A stretch of DNA of 32,000 nt from positions 840,001-872,000 of the forward strand of contig NC_010163.1 of assembly GCF_000018785.1 (NCBI RefSeq). The letters run 5' to 3'. Made by a program: the position numbers and the translations under genes. The stretch's first letter is position 1; every line of letters begins with the position of its first letter. Below the pieces are notes generated by a model. The model ran no database searches and was not told the DNA's origin. It saw only the letters and a program-made list of their open reading frames with translations. Source of the DNA: Acholeplasma laidlawii PG-8A. GTDB taxonomy: Bacteria > Bacillota_I > Bacilli_A > Acholeplasmatales > Acholeplasmataceae. Shown here piece after piece: positions 8,834 through 19,078 of this stretch.

Positions 8834-9142
8834 TTATTTATGTTCTTCTATCCAAGATAGAATTTTTTCTCTTGGTTGATAACCTGATGCTCTAGATACT
8901 TCTTTACCATCTTTAAATAATACAAGTGTCGGTACAGCGCGAATACCATTATCAATTGCTTCTTTTCTGTATTCGTCGATATCTAGTTTAATCAATTGTG
9001 CTCCAACGTTTTCAGTGCTAATTTGTTCTAAAACAGGCATTAACATTTTACAAGGTCCACACCATGTAGCAAAAAAGTCTACTAAAACAAGGCCATCTTT
9101 ACTCACTAGACCTTTAAAATCTTCACCTTTATATTGTTGCAT
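8834..9142 (-). CDS. trxA: Thioredoxin
   Basis: 102 aa with a WCGPCK active site and a thioredoxin fold pattern (VDFFATWCGPCKM...VPTLVLFKDG). SD is TAGGAGG. Confidence 0.95.
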   Translation of the reverse strand: MQQYKGEDFKGLVSKDGLVLVDFFATWCGPCKMLMPVLEQISTENVGAQLIKLDIDEYRKEAIDNGIRAVPTLVLFKDGKEVSRASGYQPREKILSWIEEHK

Positions 9143-9174
9143 TTAAAATGCCTCCTAATTTTGATTGTAATTAT

Positions 9175-9203
9175 ATTATAACTTCTTTAGGTTAAATAAT
9201 CAA
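9175..9203 (-). promoter_or_regulatory. trxA promoter
   Basis: Minus strand reads TTGATT (9203-9198), 17 nt, TATAAT (9180-9175). Confidence 0.6.
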
Positions 9204-9219
9204 AGAATATGGCTAAGGG

Positions 9220-11520
9220 TTAAAGTGTTATCACAGTAACACCATTTAAACCTTCGCCTTCTTGCCCATATCTATGGGATTTTATGTATCTAGACTTCTT
9301 AATATAGTCATAAACGGCTTTTCTAACTGCACCAGTACCAAAACCATGAATCACTCTAATATAAGGTGTATTGGACAATAATGCATCATCTATCGCCTTA
9401 TCCATAAGTTCTTTAACTTCTTCAAAGCGTACACCTCTTAAATCAAGTTCAAAAGTAGGTGCTTTAGAAGGGTTTGATCCACTATATTTTGTTTGGACTT
9501 TTTCTTGTTTCTTAGGTTTAACAACCATCTTTGATAGTTCATGACGTTTAAAGGGTAATTCAAATAAGCCAACAGATACGACATACTCATCTTTGTTGAT
9601 TTTGGTGATGACACCATCTTGGCCATAATTAGTCACTAAGACATGATCACCTATCTTAAGTGGTTCAAGCTTAACCTTAGTTTCTTTTTTAACTGTTTTG
9701 TTTAAGTCACCTTTAAGTTTAGCCGCATCTGGTGTTGATAATTTATCTACTTTAGATAATTTATCAATGACTTCTAAGGCTTCTTGTTTTAATTTGTCAT
9801 ATTCTTTAGTTGCTTTAAATTTAATATCTTGAAGCATTTGATCGCGCTCTTTTTCAAACGTTCTAATCTTATCTTGATACATCTTAATTTCTTTATCAAG
9901 TGCCTCTGACTTTTCTTCAAGTACTTCTTTTTCTTGTTCCAATAAAGCTTGTTCTTTATTTAGTTTTTCAATATTTTTACCAAGGTTCGTTTGTCTACCA
10001 CTTAACAGTGTTTCAGCTTCATTAATAATTCGTTTAGGTAAGCCTAATCTATCGGCAATTTTTAATGCATGTGATGAACCTGCAATACCTAAGTGTATTT
10101 TATATAAAGGTTTTAAACTCACCTCATCAAAAGCAACACTTGCAGTATAAATATCATCGTGTTCATATGCATAAAGTTTTAACTCAGAATAATGGGTTGT
10201 AAGTATAATACGGTTGTCTTTATTTGATTTGAGGTCGTCAATGATCGCAATAGCCAGTGATACCCCTTCAATTGGGTCTGTACCACTACCTAACTCATCT
10301 AGTAAAATAAGTGCTCTTCCTTTTAACTTATCAAACATATTTTTGATTTTTGTTAAATGAGATGAAAAGGTTGATAAGGATTGTTGAATAGATTGTTCAT
10401 CACCAATATCTGCAAATATTTGATCAAAGACACTCATCTGACTGTTTTTGTTTAATGGTACTAAAATACCTGATTGCATCATTAAAGTAAATAACCCTAA
10501 GGTTTTTAGTGCTACTGTTTTACCTCCAGTATTTGGACCAGTAATCATTAATACATTACGATCATTACTAATACTAATTTCAATAGGTACAACAGTTTCT
10601 TTAGCAATTAATGGATGTCTAGCATCGATTAAGTGAATGTTCCCATCACTATTTAGATTTGGTAGGGTTGCATCAATTTCTATCGCATAAAGGGTTTTTG
10701 CGTGTAATACATCTAGTTCTACCAAGATATCTAAATGACTTATAAATTCAGTGCTAAATGGTTTTAACTTTTTAGTTAACGCGATAGATATTTGAATTAT
10801 TTCTTGTTCTTCAAGACTCTTTAAATATTCAATATCTTGTGTAACTTGTCTAATATCTTCTGGTTCGATATACACTGTTTGTTTAGAGGCAGATACATCA
10901 TGTATCACACCCTTAACTTTATTTTTATAACCCTCTTTAATTGGAATAGCGTAACGTCCATTACGCATTACAATAATAGACTCGTTTAAATAACTTTGAT
11001 AACGTGTTAGGACTTCACCTAATAATTTATCAAGTTGTCTTTCTTTAGACTTTAAGTCATGTCTAATGGACTTTAGCGTACTTGAAGCATTATCATAAAT
11101 AGTTTCATCATCTTTAATGATTTCATCTATATGTTGAAGTTGTGATTTTGAATGTTTAAAAGTCTTTATCCATTCTAGATGTTTGATATGGATTGGATCA
11201 ATGGATTTAAAATAGTTTTCTAAAGATTTTTCCATGTGAATAAAGCGTCTAATCATAAGAAAATCAGCTATGCTTAAGAAATCTAGTTTATCTAAATTCG
11301 TAATTAACAGATAAATATCAAAACCTTTTACAAATGGTAATCGACCATAAGTATGAATCATTTGTTTCAACTCAAAGGATTTGTGTAAATTTAAAGAGAC
11401 TTCATCTATTTGATTATAAGGTAAAGTATCCTTGATAGCGGTTACTGCGGCCTTTGAATAGGCGTAGTCTTGTATTTTGTCTAATATTAAATTAAATTCT
11501 AATGCTTTTGTCGAATACAT
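9220..11520 (-). CDS. mutS2: Endonuclease MutS2 (MutS domain V ATPase plus C-terminal Smr domain)
   Basis: 766 aa. Walker A is ITGPNTGGKT. DELGSGTDP and TTHY are MutS ATPase motifs. A coiled-coil middle region is present, and the C-terminal Smr domain reads LDLRG....IHGFGTGAVR. Confidence 0.93.
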   Translation of the reverse strand: MYSTKALEFNLILDKIQDYAYSKAAVTAIKDTLPYNQIDEVSLNLHKSFELKQMIHTYGRLPFVKGFDIYLLITNLDKLDFLSIADFLMIRRFIHMEKSLENYFKSIDPIHIKHLEWIKTFKHSKSQLQHIDEIIKDDETIYDNASSTLKSIRHDLKSKERQLDKLLGEVLTRYQSYLNESIIVMRNGRYAIPIKEGYKNKVKGVIHDVSASKQTVYIEPEDIRQVTQDIEYLKSLEEQEIIQISIALTKKLKPFSTEFISHLDILVELDVLHAKTLYAIEIDATLPNLNSDGNIHLIDARHPLIAKETVVPIEISISNDRNVLMITGPNTGGKTVALKTLGLFTLMMQSGILVPLNKNSQMSVFDQIFADIGDEQSIQQSLSTFSSHLTKIKNMFDKLKGRALILLDELGSGTDPIEGVSLAIAIIDDLKSNKDNRIILTTHYSELKLYAYEHDDIYTASVAFDEVSLKPLYKIHLGIAGSSHALKIADRLGLPKRIINEAETLLSGRQTNLGKNIEKLNKEQALLEQEKEVLEEKSEALDKEIKMYQDKIRTFEKERDQMLQDIKFKATKEYDKLKQEALEVIDKLSKVDKLSTPDAAKLKGDLNKTVKKETKVKLEPLKIGDHVLVTNYGQDGVITKINKDEYVVSVGLFELPFKRHELSKMVVKPKKQEKVQTKYSGSNPSKAPTFELDLRGVRFEEVKELMDKAIDDALLSNTPYIRVIHGFGTGAVRKAVYDYIKKSRYIKSHRYGQEGEGLNGVTVITL

Positions 11521-11548
11521 TTAAAAACTCCTTATTTCACACTTTTTA

Positions 11549-11557
11549 TGGTATAAT
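11549..11557 (+). promoter_or_regulatory. Candidate extended -10 promoter for rnhC
   Basis: TGGTATAAT lies 23 nt upstream of the TTG start. Confidence 0.5.
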
Positions 11558-11579
11558 ATGACTCAGTAGGTGAAGATTA

Positions 11580-12437
11580 TTGAGAAATTATACAATTAGC
11601 TTATCTAGCGACCAGCTAGTTTTGCTTAAACAATTTTATAGCAATTATTTATTAAAAGTGGAGCAGCCATATGTTTTTTTTGTTGCTCATCATAATGATA
11701 CACGTATTAGTGCATTTAAATCAGGTAAAGTTGTACTTCAAGGTGAAGAAATTAATCCTGAATTAGTAGCAATTAAATCTTTTTTAAATATAACTAATTA
11801 TGCTGCAATCGGTTCTGATGAAGTTGGTACAGGTGATGCTTTAGGTCCAGTGGTTGTATGTAGTGCATATGCCTCTATTGAAGATATCGAATTCCTAGAA
11901 AAACTAGGTGTTAAAGATTCTAAATCTATGACTAATAAAGAAATCGTTAAACTAGGTCCTGTCATTGCAAATCGATTAACACACTCTATTGTGATATTAA
12001 CCCCCGAGAAGTTTAATGAACAAACTCAGAAGGGTTTGAACTTAAACAAAATTAAAGCGCTCTTACATAATCATATGATTATTAAGACAACTTCAAAAGT
12101 TGAAGCTGCAGTGCCTGTAATTTTAGATCAATTTTGTTTACCAACACATTACTTTAACTACCTAAAGGATGAAAAGTTAGTGTACCGTGATGTTGAGTTT
12201 TACACCAAAGCAGAGTCTGTACATTTAAGTGTAGCTGCTGCTTCAATTATTGCACGTTATGCATTCTTAGTTAAAATGCATCAATACTCCAAGAAATTAA
12301 ATATGAAATTAAAACTTGGTGCTAGTAAAGAAGTCGATGTTCAAATTAAAGAAATATATGACACGCATGGTTTAGATGGGCTAAATAAAATAGCCAAGAT
12401 GAACTTTAAGAATGTCACAAAACAAAATTTAACCTAA
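11580..12437 (+). CDS. rnhC: Ribonuclease HIII
   Basis: 285 aa with a TTG start 6 nt after AGGTGA. It has an N-terminal TBP-like domain followed by an RNase HII/HIII core with GSDEVGTGDALGP, DSK and AASIIAR motifs. Confidence 0.88.
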   Translation: MRNYTISLSSDQLVLLKQFYSNYLLKVEQPYVFFVAHHNDTRISAFKSGKVVLQGEEINPELVAIKSFLNITNYAAIGSDEVGTGDALGPVVVCSAYASIEDIEFLEKLGVKDSKSMTNKEIVKLGPVIANRLTHSIVILTPEKFNEQTQKGLNLNKIKALLHNHMIIKTTSKVEAAVPVILDQFCLPTHYFNYLKDEKLVYRDVEFYTKAESVHLSVAAASIIARYAFLVKMHQYSKKLNMKLKLGASKEVDVQIKEIYDTHGLDGLNKIAKMNFKNVTKQNLT

Positions 12438-13322
12438 GGTAACTAGATAACTTTCAAATTCAGGTGGTAATGGTGCTTCAAGCATCATTACTTTTTTTGT
12501 TATTGGATGCACAAATTCTAATCTAAATGCATGTAATAACTGACCATCTTTTAATATTTTAGCTTTTGTACCATATAACGGATCTCCAGTAACTGGATGT
12601 TTAATATATGCTAAATGAACACGTATTTGATGTGTTCTACCTGTTTCTAATTTACAATGAAGTAATGTATGATCTCTAAATGTTCTCATCACTTCAAAGT
12701 GTGTAATTGCTGGTTTACCTGTTGCTACAACAGCCATTTTTGTACGAATTTTGGGATGTCTTGCAATTGGTGCATCAATCACACCTTTATTATGATCTAA
12801 AACACCTTCAACAAGTGCAATATATTCACGTTTGATGTCATGTGATTTTAAATCTTGGGCTAATATTTTGTGTGCTTCGTTAGTTTTAGCAACCAATATA
12901 AGGCCTGATGTATCTTTATCAATGCGATGTAGGATACCTGGTCTTAAAGGGTCATCATTGTGTGTAGATAGTGTATCTGTGTGGTGTAACAAACCAGACA
13001 CTAAGGTTGTTTCACTAAAGGTTTCAGAAGGGTGAACCACCAATCCTTTAGGTTTATTAATAACCATAATATCATCATCTTCATAAACGATATTTAAATC
13101 GATATTTTTAGGTTTTAGTGGATTTGTTTCTTCTTTAGCCTCAAGGTTTAGAGTAATTTCATCACTATTTTTCAGCTTATAACCAGCTTTAGTAGTTAAA
13201 CCATTAACCATGACAAGACCATCTTTGATAAGTGTAGTAATTTGACTTCTATTAAGCTCAGTTGATGCTACTAAGAAGTGGTCAAGACGACTATCTGTTT
13301 GTTCTGTAATTTTAAATTTCAT
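12429..13322 (-). CDS. rluD: RluA-family 23S rRNA pseudouridine synthase (RluD-like)
   Basis: 297 aa. N-terminal S4 domain, HRIDKDTSGL catalytic motif, GRTHQIRVH motif. Confidence 0.9.
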   Translation of the reverse strand: MKFKITEQTDSRLDHFLVASTELNRSQITTLIKDGLVMVNGLTTKAGYKLKNSDEITLNLEAKEETNPLKPKNIDLNIVYEDDDIMVINKPKGLVVHPSETFSETTLVSGLLHHTDTLSTHNDDPLRPGILHRIDKDTSGLILVAKTNEAHKILAQDLKSHDIKREYIALVEGVLDHNKGVIDAPIARHPKIRTKMAVVATGKPAITHFEVMRTFRDHTLLHCKLETGRTHQIRVHLAYIKHPVTGDPLYGTKAKILKDGQLLHAFRLEFVHPITKKVMMLEAPLPPEFESYLVTLG

Positions 13323-13809
13323 TTTGTGTATCCTTCTTTATCTTTTTCTGTCTTAGTGTGTCTAGTATTAATATATCAATCAGTAGTAAAACAACACCAG
13401 CATTTAATAGTACGTCTGCAAAATTGAATATTGTTCCACCCACAATTGGAAGAAATGGCATTTGAACATAGTCAATGACATAACCAAATAATACGCGGTC
13501 GATTGCATTGCCTAATGTACCACTAATCAGTAATATAAAAGCAATCGTATAAACTTTCTTTGTTTTCCAATCTGATTTTGAGAAAAAATATCCAAATAAT
13601 ACTAAAGCAAACAAGGTAATGATGAAAAATAAAAATTGTTGTCCTTGAAGTAACCCAAAGGAGGCTCCAGTATTTTGTACATAGCCTACATATAGCGTAT
13701 TATCTATTACAGATACAATACTTCCAGCTGCATACATATTTGAAAATATTTGTTTAAGTATGACATCTACTAAGATAAGTACTGCCATAATGATATACGA
13801 TAAAATCAT
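13312..13809 (-). CDS. lspA: Lipoprotein signal peptidase (signal peptidase II)
   Basis: 165 aa, four TM segments, with conserved NTGASFG and FNFADV boxes. Confidence 0.9.
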   Translation of the reverse strand: MILSYIIMAVLILVDVILKQIFSNMYAAGSIVSVIDNTLYVGYVQNTGASFGLLQGQQFLFFIITLFALVLFGYFFSKSDWKTKKVYTIAFILLISGTLGNAIDRVLFGYVIDYVQMPFLPIVGGTIFNFADVLLNAGVVLLLIDILILDTLRQKKIKKDTQNEI

Positions 13810-13811
13810 GT

Positions 13812-14195
13812 TTAAGCTCCTTGTAAAAATATTAATACAAAAATAACACCCACAACCACAAGTAATGCACTCATGATGCTACCTTCGACAATAACTAATG
13901 ATTTTGTATTCAATGATTTGATTTTTAGTTCAAACAACCCATGTATATAATACATTAAATATTCATAGATGAACACAGCAATTACAGATAATATGAATAA
14001 TAAAATAATTAATAGCAATTGTAATTCAACAAACATAAATAATTGGACGCATATGAGGTAAACCGGTAAAAGCAATAAGGTAGTTATGATTAAACTACCT
14101 AAAACGCTTAAAAATGTTGACTTGATTGTTGTAAGATCATCTAATCGGTATCTAACTACCTTAGATTGATTCCATAATTTAGTTAAGTATTTCAT
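13812..14195 (-). CDS. Hypothetical integral membrane protein (127 aa, about 3 TM)
   Basis: The ORF overlaps the upstream protease gene by 17 nt and ends 2 nt before lspA. It is strongly hydrophobic. I recognise no family. Coding is inferred from operon packing. Confidence 0.55.
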   Translation of the reverse strand: MKYLTKLWNQSKVVRYRLDDLTTIKSTFLSVLGSLIITTLLLLPVYLICVQLFMFVELQLLLIILLFILSVIAVFIYEYLMYYIHGLFELKIKSLNTKSLVIVEGSIMSALLVVVGVIFVLIFLQGA

Positions 14196-15159
14196 TGGTT
14201 ATAACCTCGATTGCTTCTTCAATTGTGGCTACTGGATAGATATTAATTAAGTGTGATAAGTTCTTCACTTCATCGTAATGCACTGCAGGTACTAGGAAGT
14301 GTTTGATACCTTCTTTTTGTGCACCATATATTTTTTGAACTAATCCACCAATAGGACCGATTTCATGATTATATCTAATTGTTCCAGTTCCAACAATATC
14401 CACATTAATCGCATCATAATCGATTAAAGCAAAATAAATACTTAAGGTATACATCATACCCGCAGATGGACCAGTTAGATTGGTGTCCATGCCAGGCAGA
14501 CTATACTGTGGTGATGCTTGATTAATTTGATATTTTGGATAAAACCTAAATATCGCATCGTTTGTTTTATTAATTGTAATCTCTAAATGTTTATCATCTC
14601 TAAGCACATCGAGTTTAAAGTCACCTTCATTAAGAATAAAATACATCCCCATTGTTTCATAATCAGTAAAGTTATTATCATCAATATCTGTGATGATATC
14701 ACCAATTTTTAATGTATTGTATTCAGGCGATCTAAAGTCAATTATCATACCAATTAAATCGTAATCAATAGTTATACTAGCGTTAGTCTCATGTGCTAAT
14801 GTGTATGCAGTAATTAAAGATTGCTCAAATGATGCTTCTTTTTGAATGATGCCTCGAAGATGATTCTCATAAGGAGATAGTACTGATTCAGCATATTGTA
14901 GTGGTTCTACTTCAAACTGAGGGTTCATCTCATAAAGCATACGAGCAAATCCGGTAATCCTTGACATGGTTAAAACAGACACCGACTTTAAATGTGGTGT
15001 TTGATTTTTGCCTTCAATGCTAACCATGGTATTTGTTGAACGTGACTTATTTGGTGCTGTCACACTATAATTAGTTGGTATAACTAAGGCAATCATTAAG
15101 TAAATATATGCAAATATGACACTGTGAAATAGTGTTTTTAATTTACTTGTCTGTTTCAA
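14179..15159 (-). CDS. YlbL-type membrane-anchored PDZ / Lon-like (S16) serine peptidase
   Basis: 326 aa. N-terminal TM anchor, a central PDZ-like segment (LKIGDIITDIDDNNF), and a C-terminal Lon protease domain with GPSAGMMYTL (catalytic Ser) and IGGLVQKIYGAQKEG (catalytic Lys region). Confidence 0.85.
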   Translation of the reverse strand: MKQTSKLKTLFHSVIFAYIYLMIALVIPTNYSVTAPNKSRSTNTMVSIEGKNQTPHLKSVSVLTMSRITGFARMLYEMNPQFEVEPLQYAESVLSPYENHLRGIIQKEASFEQSLITAYTLAHETNASITIDYDLIGMIIDFRSPEYNTLKIGDIITDIDDNNFTDYETMGMYFILNEGDFKLDVLRDDKHLEITINKTNDAIFRFYPKYQINQASPQYSLPGMDTNLTGPSAGMMYTLSIYFALIDYDAINVDIVGTGTIRYNHEIGPIGGLVQKIYGAQKEGIKHFLVPAVHYDEVKNLSHLINIYPVATIEEAIEVITNEILN

Positions 15160-15619
15160 GTACGATTGTCTCCAATTGAATTTGTCTTGCTTTGATACCT
15201 GCTTTTTTCATCATTGTTGTTGATGCAATATGACTTTCTTTACCTTTATCCTTATCTGACATGTAAACAATTTCTTTAACACCTGCTTGTACAAGTAGTT
15301 TCATACATTCATTACATGGAAATAACGTGACATATAGGGTTGCATCTTTAAGACTAGTTGTTGCATTTAAAATTGCATTAGCCTCTGCATGCACGACATA
15401 TGCATATTTTGATTTTGAGTAGTCCTCATTTTTTTGCCAAAAATCTTCATCATCTGATAAACCCATTGGTAAGCCATTATATCCGATTGCAACAATACGT
15501 CTATCCGGATTAATAATACAAGCACCTACTTGAGTATTTGGATCTTTTGATCTTAGAGCGGATAGTTTTGCAACACCCATAAAATATTGGTCCCAGGAGA
15601 TGTAGTTTTGATTTTTCAT
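15143..15619 (-). CDS. comEB: dCMP deaminase (ComEB family)
   Basis: 158 aa. Zinc-binding HAEANA and PCNECMK motifs of the cytidine/deoxycytidylate deaminase fold. Confidence 0.9.
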   Translation of the reverse strand: MKNQNYISWDQYFMGVAKLSALRSKDPNTQVGACIINPDRRIVAIGYNGLPMGLSDDEDFWQKNEDYSKSKYAYVVHAEANAILNATTSLKDATLYVTLFPCNECMKLLVQAGVKEIVYMSDKDKGKESHIASTTMMKKAGIKARQIQLETIVLETDK

Positions 15620-16113
15620 TTGACTTCATCTGCCTTTGCTAGTCCTAAATCAATATGGCAATAACCCGTTGGATTTTTTTCTAGGTAATCTTGATGATAG
15701 TCTTCAGCTAAGAAAAATTGAGTTAATGGTTCTACTTGAACCACAATTTTTTCTTTATATTTTTGTTGCTCTTTTACGATATAAGCATCAGCAGTTGCTT
15801 TAGTTTCTAAATCTTCATAGTAAATGCCACTACGGTATTGAATACCAACATCATTACCTTGTCGGTTTAATGATGTTGGTTCCACAATTCTAAAAAAGTG
15901 CTCTAGTAATTGATCTAGTGAAATACCTTTTGGGTCATATGTAATTTTCACAGCTTCTGCATGGGTTGCAACACCATTACATACTTCTGTGTATGTTGGA
16001 TTTTCTTTATTCCCATTTGCATAGCCTGATTTTGTATCTACGACACCTTTAAGTTGTCTAAAATAAGCATCAACACCCCAAAAACATCCACCTGCTAAAA
16101 TTAATGTTTTCAT
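15616..16113 (-). CDS. msrA: Peptide methionine-S-sulfoxide reductase
   Basis: 165 aa. GGCFWG active-site motif and YHQDYL motif. Confidence 0.95.
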   Translation of the reverse strand: MKTLILAGGCFWGVDAYFRQLKGVVDTKSGYANGNKENPTYTEVCNGVATHAEAVKITYDPKGISLDQLLEHFFRIVEPTSLNRQGNDVGIQYRSGIYYEDLETKATADAYIVKEQQKYKEKIVVQVEPLTQFFLAEDYHQDYLEKNPTGYCHIDLGLAKADEVK

Positions 16114-17813
16114 TTAATCACCTTCAAACCTAAGTCTTCTAATTGAAGTTTATCAATTGGACTTGGAGATTCCATCATAATATCTCTTGCAGATTGTGTC
16201 TTAGGAAACGCAATAACGTCTCTAATATTATCTGTCTTAGTTGCAAGCATTACAATTCTATCTAATCCAAATGCAATACCACCATGTGGCGGTGTTCCAT
16301 ATTTTAATGCATCAATGAAAAATCCAAATTTATTTCTGATTTCTTCTTGCGTAAATCCTAATTTTTCAAACATTTCATTTTGAACTTCTTGGTTATAAAT
16401 ACGCATGGATCCACCACCAACTTCATAACCATTCCATACAAGGTCATAAGCTTTAGCTAATGTATCTTTTGGATTGTTTCTGAAATCTTCTAAATCTTTA
16501 GGTGCTGTAAACGGATGGTGTCTAGCATATAATCTTTGATCTTCTTCACTATATTCAAATAGCGGGAAGTCAACAATCCATACTAAACTTTCTAAAGTTT
16601 CATCGATATAACCTAAATCTTTAGCTAATTCTTTTCTTAAGGCACCACATGCATTGGTTGCACCTTCATAAGTACCTGGCACAATAAATAATGTGTAACC
16701 ATCAGCAACTACATTTTCATCAAAGAATTTAGACACTGAACCACTTAATTGACCACCTTCATGTTTCACATATGCTAGTGTATCTCCATGGTTTTTCTTA
16801 ACAATTTCTGTTAATTTATCGAAGTATTTACGTGTAAATAATGCATTATTTGGTAAGGTAAAGCCTCTTAAAGACGCTTTAGACTCAAATAATGGTACAT
16901 GATAAGTGCTTAGTTTATCAGTTAAGTCTTCAATTTTTAATTCATATCTTAAGTCTGGTTTATCAGATCCGTACATATCAAAAGCATCTTGATATGTTAG
17001 TCGTGCTATTGGCAGTTTTAGTTCTTTACCTAAGATGTCTTTAAACATATTTGACATCATTTCTTCACCAAGCTTCATAATATCTTCTTGAGTAATAAAT
17101 GATGCTTCAATGTCAATTTGAGTAAACTCTAATTGACGGTCAGCTCTTAAGTCTTCATCTCTAAAACATCTAGCAAATTGGAAGTATTTTTCAAAGCCAG
17201 ATACCATATATAATTGTTTAAACATTTGAGGAGATTGTGCAAGTGCATAACCTTCACCATGATAAAGTCTTGAAGGTACAATAAACTCCTTAGCACCTTC
17301 TGGTGTTGTTTTCACTAAGTATGGTGTTTCTAATTCTAAAAAGTTATTATTAAGTAAAGAATTTCTAATACTTTGAGTGATTTTACTTCTTTGTAATAAA
17401 TAGTTTTTAGATGTTGGTTTTCTTAAATCTAAATAGCGATATTTTAATCGAACTTCTTCAGAGATATTATCTTGTTCTGAAATAGTAATCGGTGTTGTCA
17501 TTGCTGTATTTAAAATATTGAGTTCAGTAACGTCAATTTCAATATCACCTGTTGTCATGAATTTATTTTTAGATTCACGTTCAATAACAATACCTTTAAC
17601 TTCAACGACATATTCTGATCTTACTTGACTTGCACGCTCATAGAGTGCAGTATTTGGTCTTACAACTAATTGAGTAATACCATATTGGTCTCTTAGGTCC
17701 ATAAAGATAAGTCCGCCTAAGTTTCTAACCTTAGAAACCCATCCTTTTAAAAAGACGGTTTCATTTAAATTTTTAATTGTTAATTCATTATTATGATGGC
17801 TATATGTACTCAT
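16110..17813 (-). CDS. aspS: Aspartate--tRNA ligase
   Basis: 567 aa. N-terminal OB anticodon-binding domain. Class II motifs FRDEDLRADRQ, GGGSMRI and GLDR. Confidence 0.97.
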   Translation of the reverse strand: MSTYSHHNNELTIKNLNETVFLKGWVSKVRNLGGLIFMDLRDQYGITQLVVRPNTALYERASQVRSEYVVEVKGIVIERESKNKFMTTGDIEIDVTELNILNTAMTTPITISEQDNISEEVRLKYRYLDLRKPTSKNYLLQRSKITQSIRNSLLNNNFLELETPYLVKTTPEGAKEFIVPSRLYHGEGYALAQSPQMFKQLYMVSGFEKYFQFARCFRDEDLRADRQLEFTQIDIEASFITQEDIMKLGEEMMSNMFKDILGKELKLPIARLTYQDAFDMYGSDKPDLRYELKIEDLTDKLSTYHVPLFESKASLRGFTLPNNALFTRKYFDKLTEIVKKNHGDTLAYVKHEGGQLSGSVSKFFDENVVADGYTLFIVPGTYEGATNACGALRKELAKDLGYIDETLESLVWIVDFPLFEYSEEDQRLYARHHPFTAPKDLEDFRNNPKDTLAKAYDLVWNGYEVGGGSMRIYNQEVQNEMFEKLGFTQEEIRNKFGFFIDALKYGTPPHGGIAFGLDRIVMLATKTDNIRDVIAFPKTQSARDIMMESPSPIDKLQLEDLGLKVIK

Positions 17814-17815
17814 AA

Positions 17816-19078
17816 TTATAATAGCTCCTTTAGTGTATCAAGTAAGGTATCCATGGATACTTCGACTTGTTCTTCTGTTTTGGTGTTTTTTAATTGTACT
17901 ACATTGTTATTTAATTCATTTTCACCAATAATGATGATGAATTTAGAATCATATCTTAAAGCTTCTTTAAGTTGAGGTTTAAATCCTCTATTTAAGTGAT
18001 CGATATCAGATAAAATGTTTTCACTTCTTAAAATGTGTTGTAACTGGATTGCCTTTTTTCTACTTTGTTGATCAAATGTAATGAAATAGACATCCAATTG
18101 TTTAGGACTAGTCAGTGTAATACCTTCTTGTTCTAGTGCACTAAGTAATCTTTCCATACCAAAGGCATAACCAATACCTGGTGTATCTGGTCCACCTAAT
18201 TCTTTAACTAGGTTTTGGTATCTACCACCACCACCTAAGGCATTTTGGGCACCAAATCCTTTAATTGTTGCATGAATTTCAAATACTGTATGTGCATAGT
18301 AATCTAGTCCACGGACTAATTTTCTATCAATTTCGTATGGGATATTCATAAGGTTTAGTAATTCAAGTACTGAATCAAAATGTTGCTTTGATGTTTCATT
18401 TAAGTAATCTAATGGTAATGGAGCATTTTTAATGAGTTCAATGTCTGCTGTATCCTTAGAATCCAGTATACGTAGCGGATTATGAGTTAGTCTATCTTGA
18501 GAATCCTTAGATAATTTATCCTTTACAGGTGTTAAAAAATCAATAAGTGCTTGGCGGTAGTTTGCTTTTGAAGCATCATCACCTAAACTGTTAAGTTTAA
18601 CACTTACTTGTTTTAAACCTAAACGATAAATTGTTTCATAAGCTAGTTCAATGACTTCTGCATCAATACTTGGTTCATTTGAACCTAAGACTTCACAACC
18701 AAACTGCATAAATTGTCTAAAGCGACCTTTTTGAGGACGTTCATATCTAAAATTAGGTCCCATATAATAAAGTTTAGTCACACCAGCTTGAGCATAAAGT
18801 TTATTTTCAACATAACTACGAATCACACCTGCTGTACCTTCTGGTCTTAAAGTTAAATCACGATCTGATTTATCTTTAAAGTTATAAGTTTCTTTGATAA
18901 CCATATCAGACAATTCAGTTTCACGGTGAATTACATTAGAATATTCCATCATCGGTGTTCTAATTTCACCATAGTTATATGTTTTAAATAGTTTCCTGAC
19001 ATAGGATTCTAAAGCAACCCAATTTTCTGCTTCAGTAGGTAATACATCGTATGTACCCTTAACTTTTATATAGTTCAT
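17816..19078 (-). CDS. hisS: Histidine--tRNA ligase
   Basis: 420 aa. Class II motifs RPEGTAGV, FRYERPQKGR and GGGGRY, plus a C-terminal anticodon-binding domain. Confidence 0.97.
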   Translation of the reverse strand: MNYIKVKGTYDVLPTEAENWVALESYVRKLFKTYNYGEIRTPMMEYSNVIHRETELSDMVIKETYNFKDKSDRDLTLRPEGTAGVIRSYVENKLYAQAGVTKLYYMGPNFRYERPQKGRFRQFMQFGCEVLGSNEPSIDAEVIELAYETIYRLGLKQVSVKLNSLGDDASKANYRQALIDFLTPVKDKLSKDSQDRLTHNPLRILDSKDTADIELIKNAPLPLDYLNETSKQHFDSVLELLNLMNIPYEIDRKLVRGLDYYAHTVFEIHATIKGFGAQNALGGGGRYQNLVKELGGPDTPGIGYAFGMERLLSALEQEGITLTSPKQLDVYFITFDQQSRKKAIQLQHILRSENILSDIDHLNRGFKPQLKEALRYDSKFIIIIGENELNNNVVQLKNTKTEEQVEVSMDTLLDTLKELL

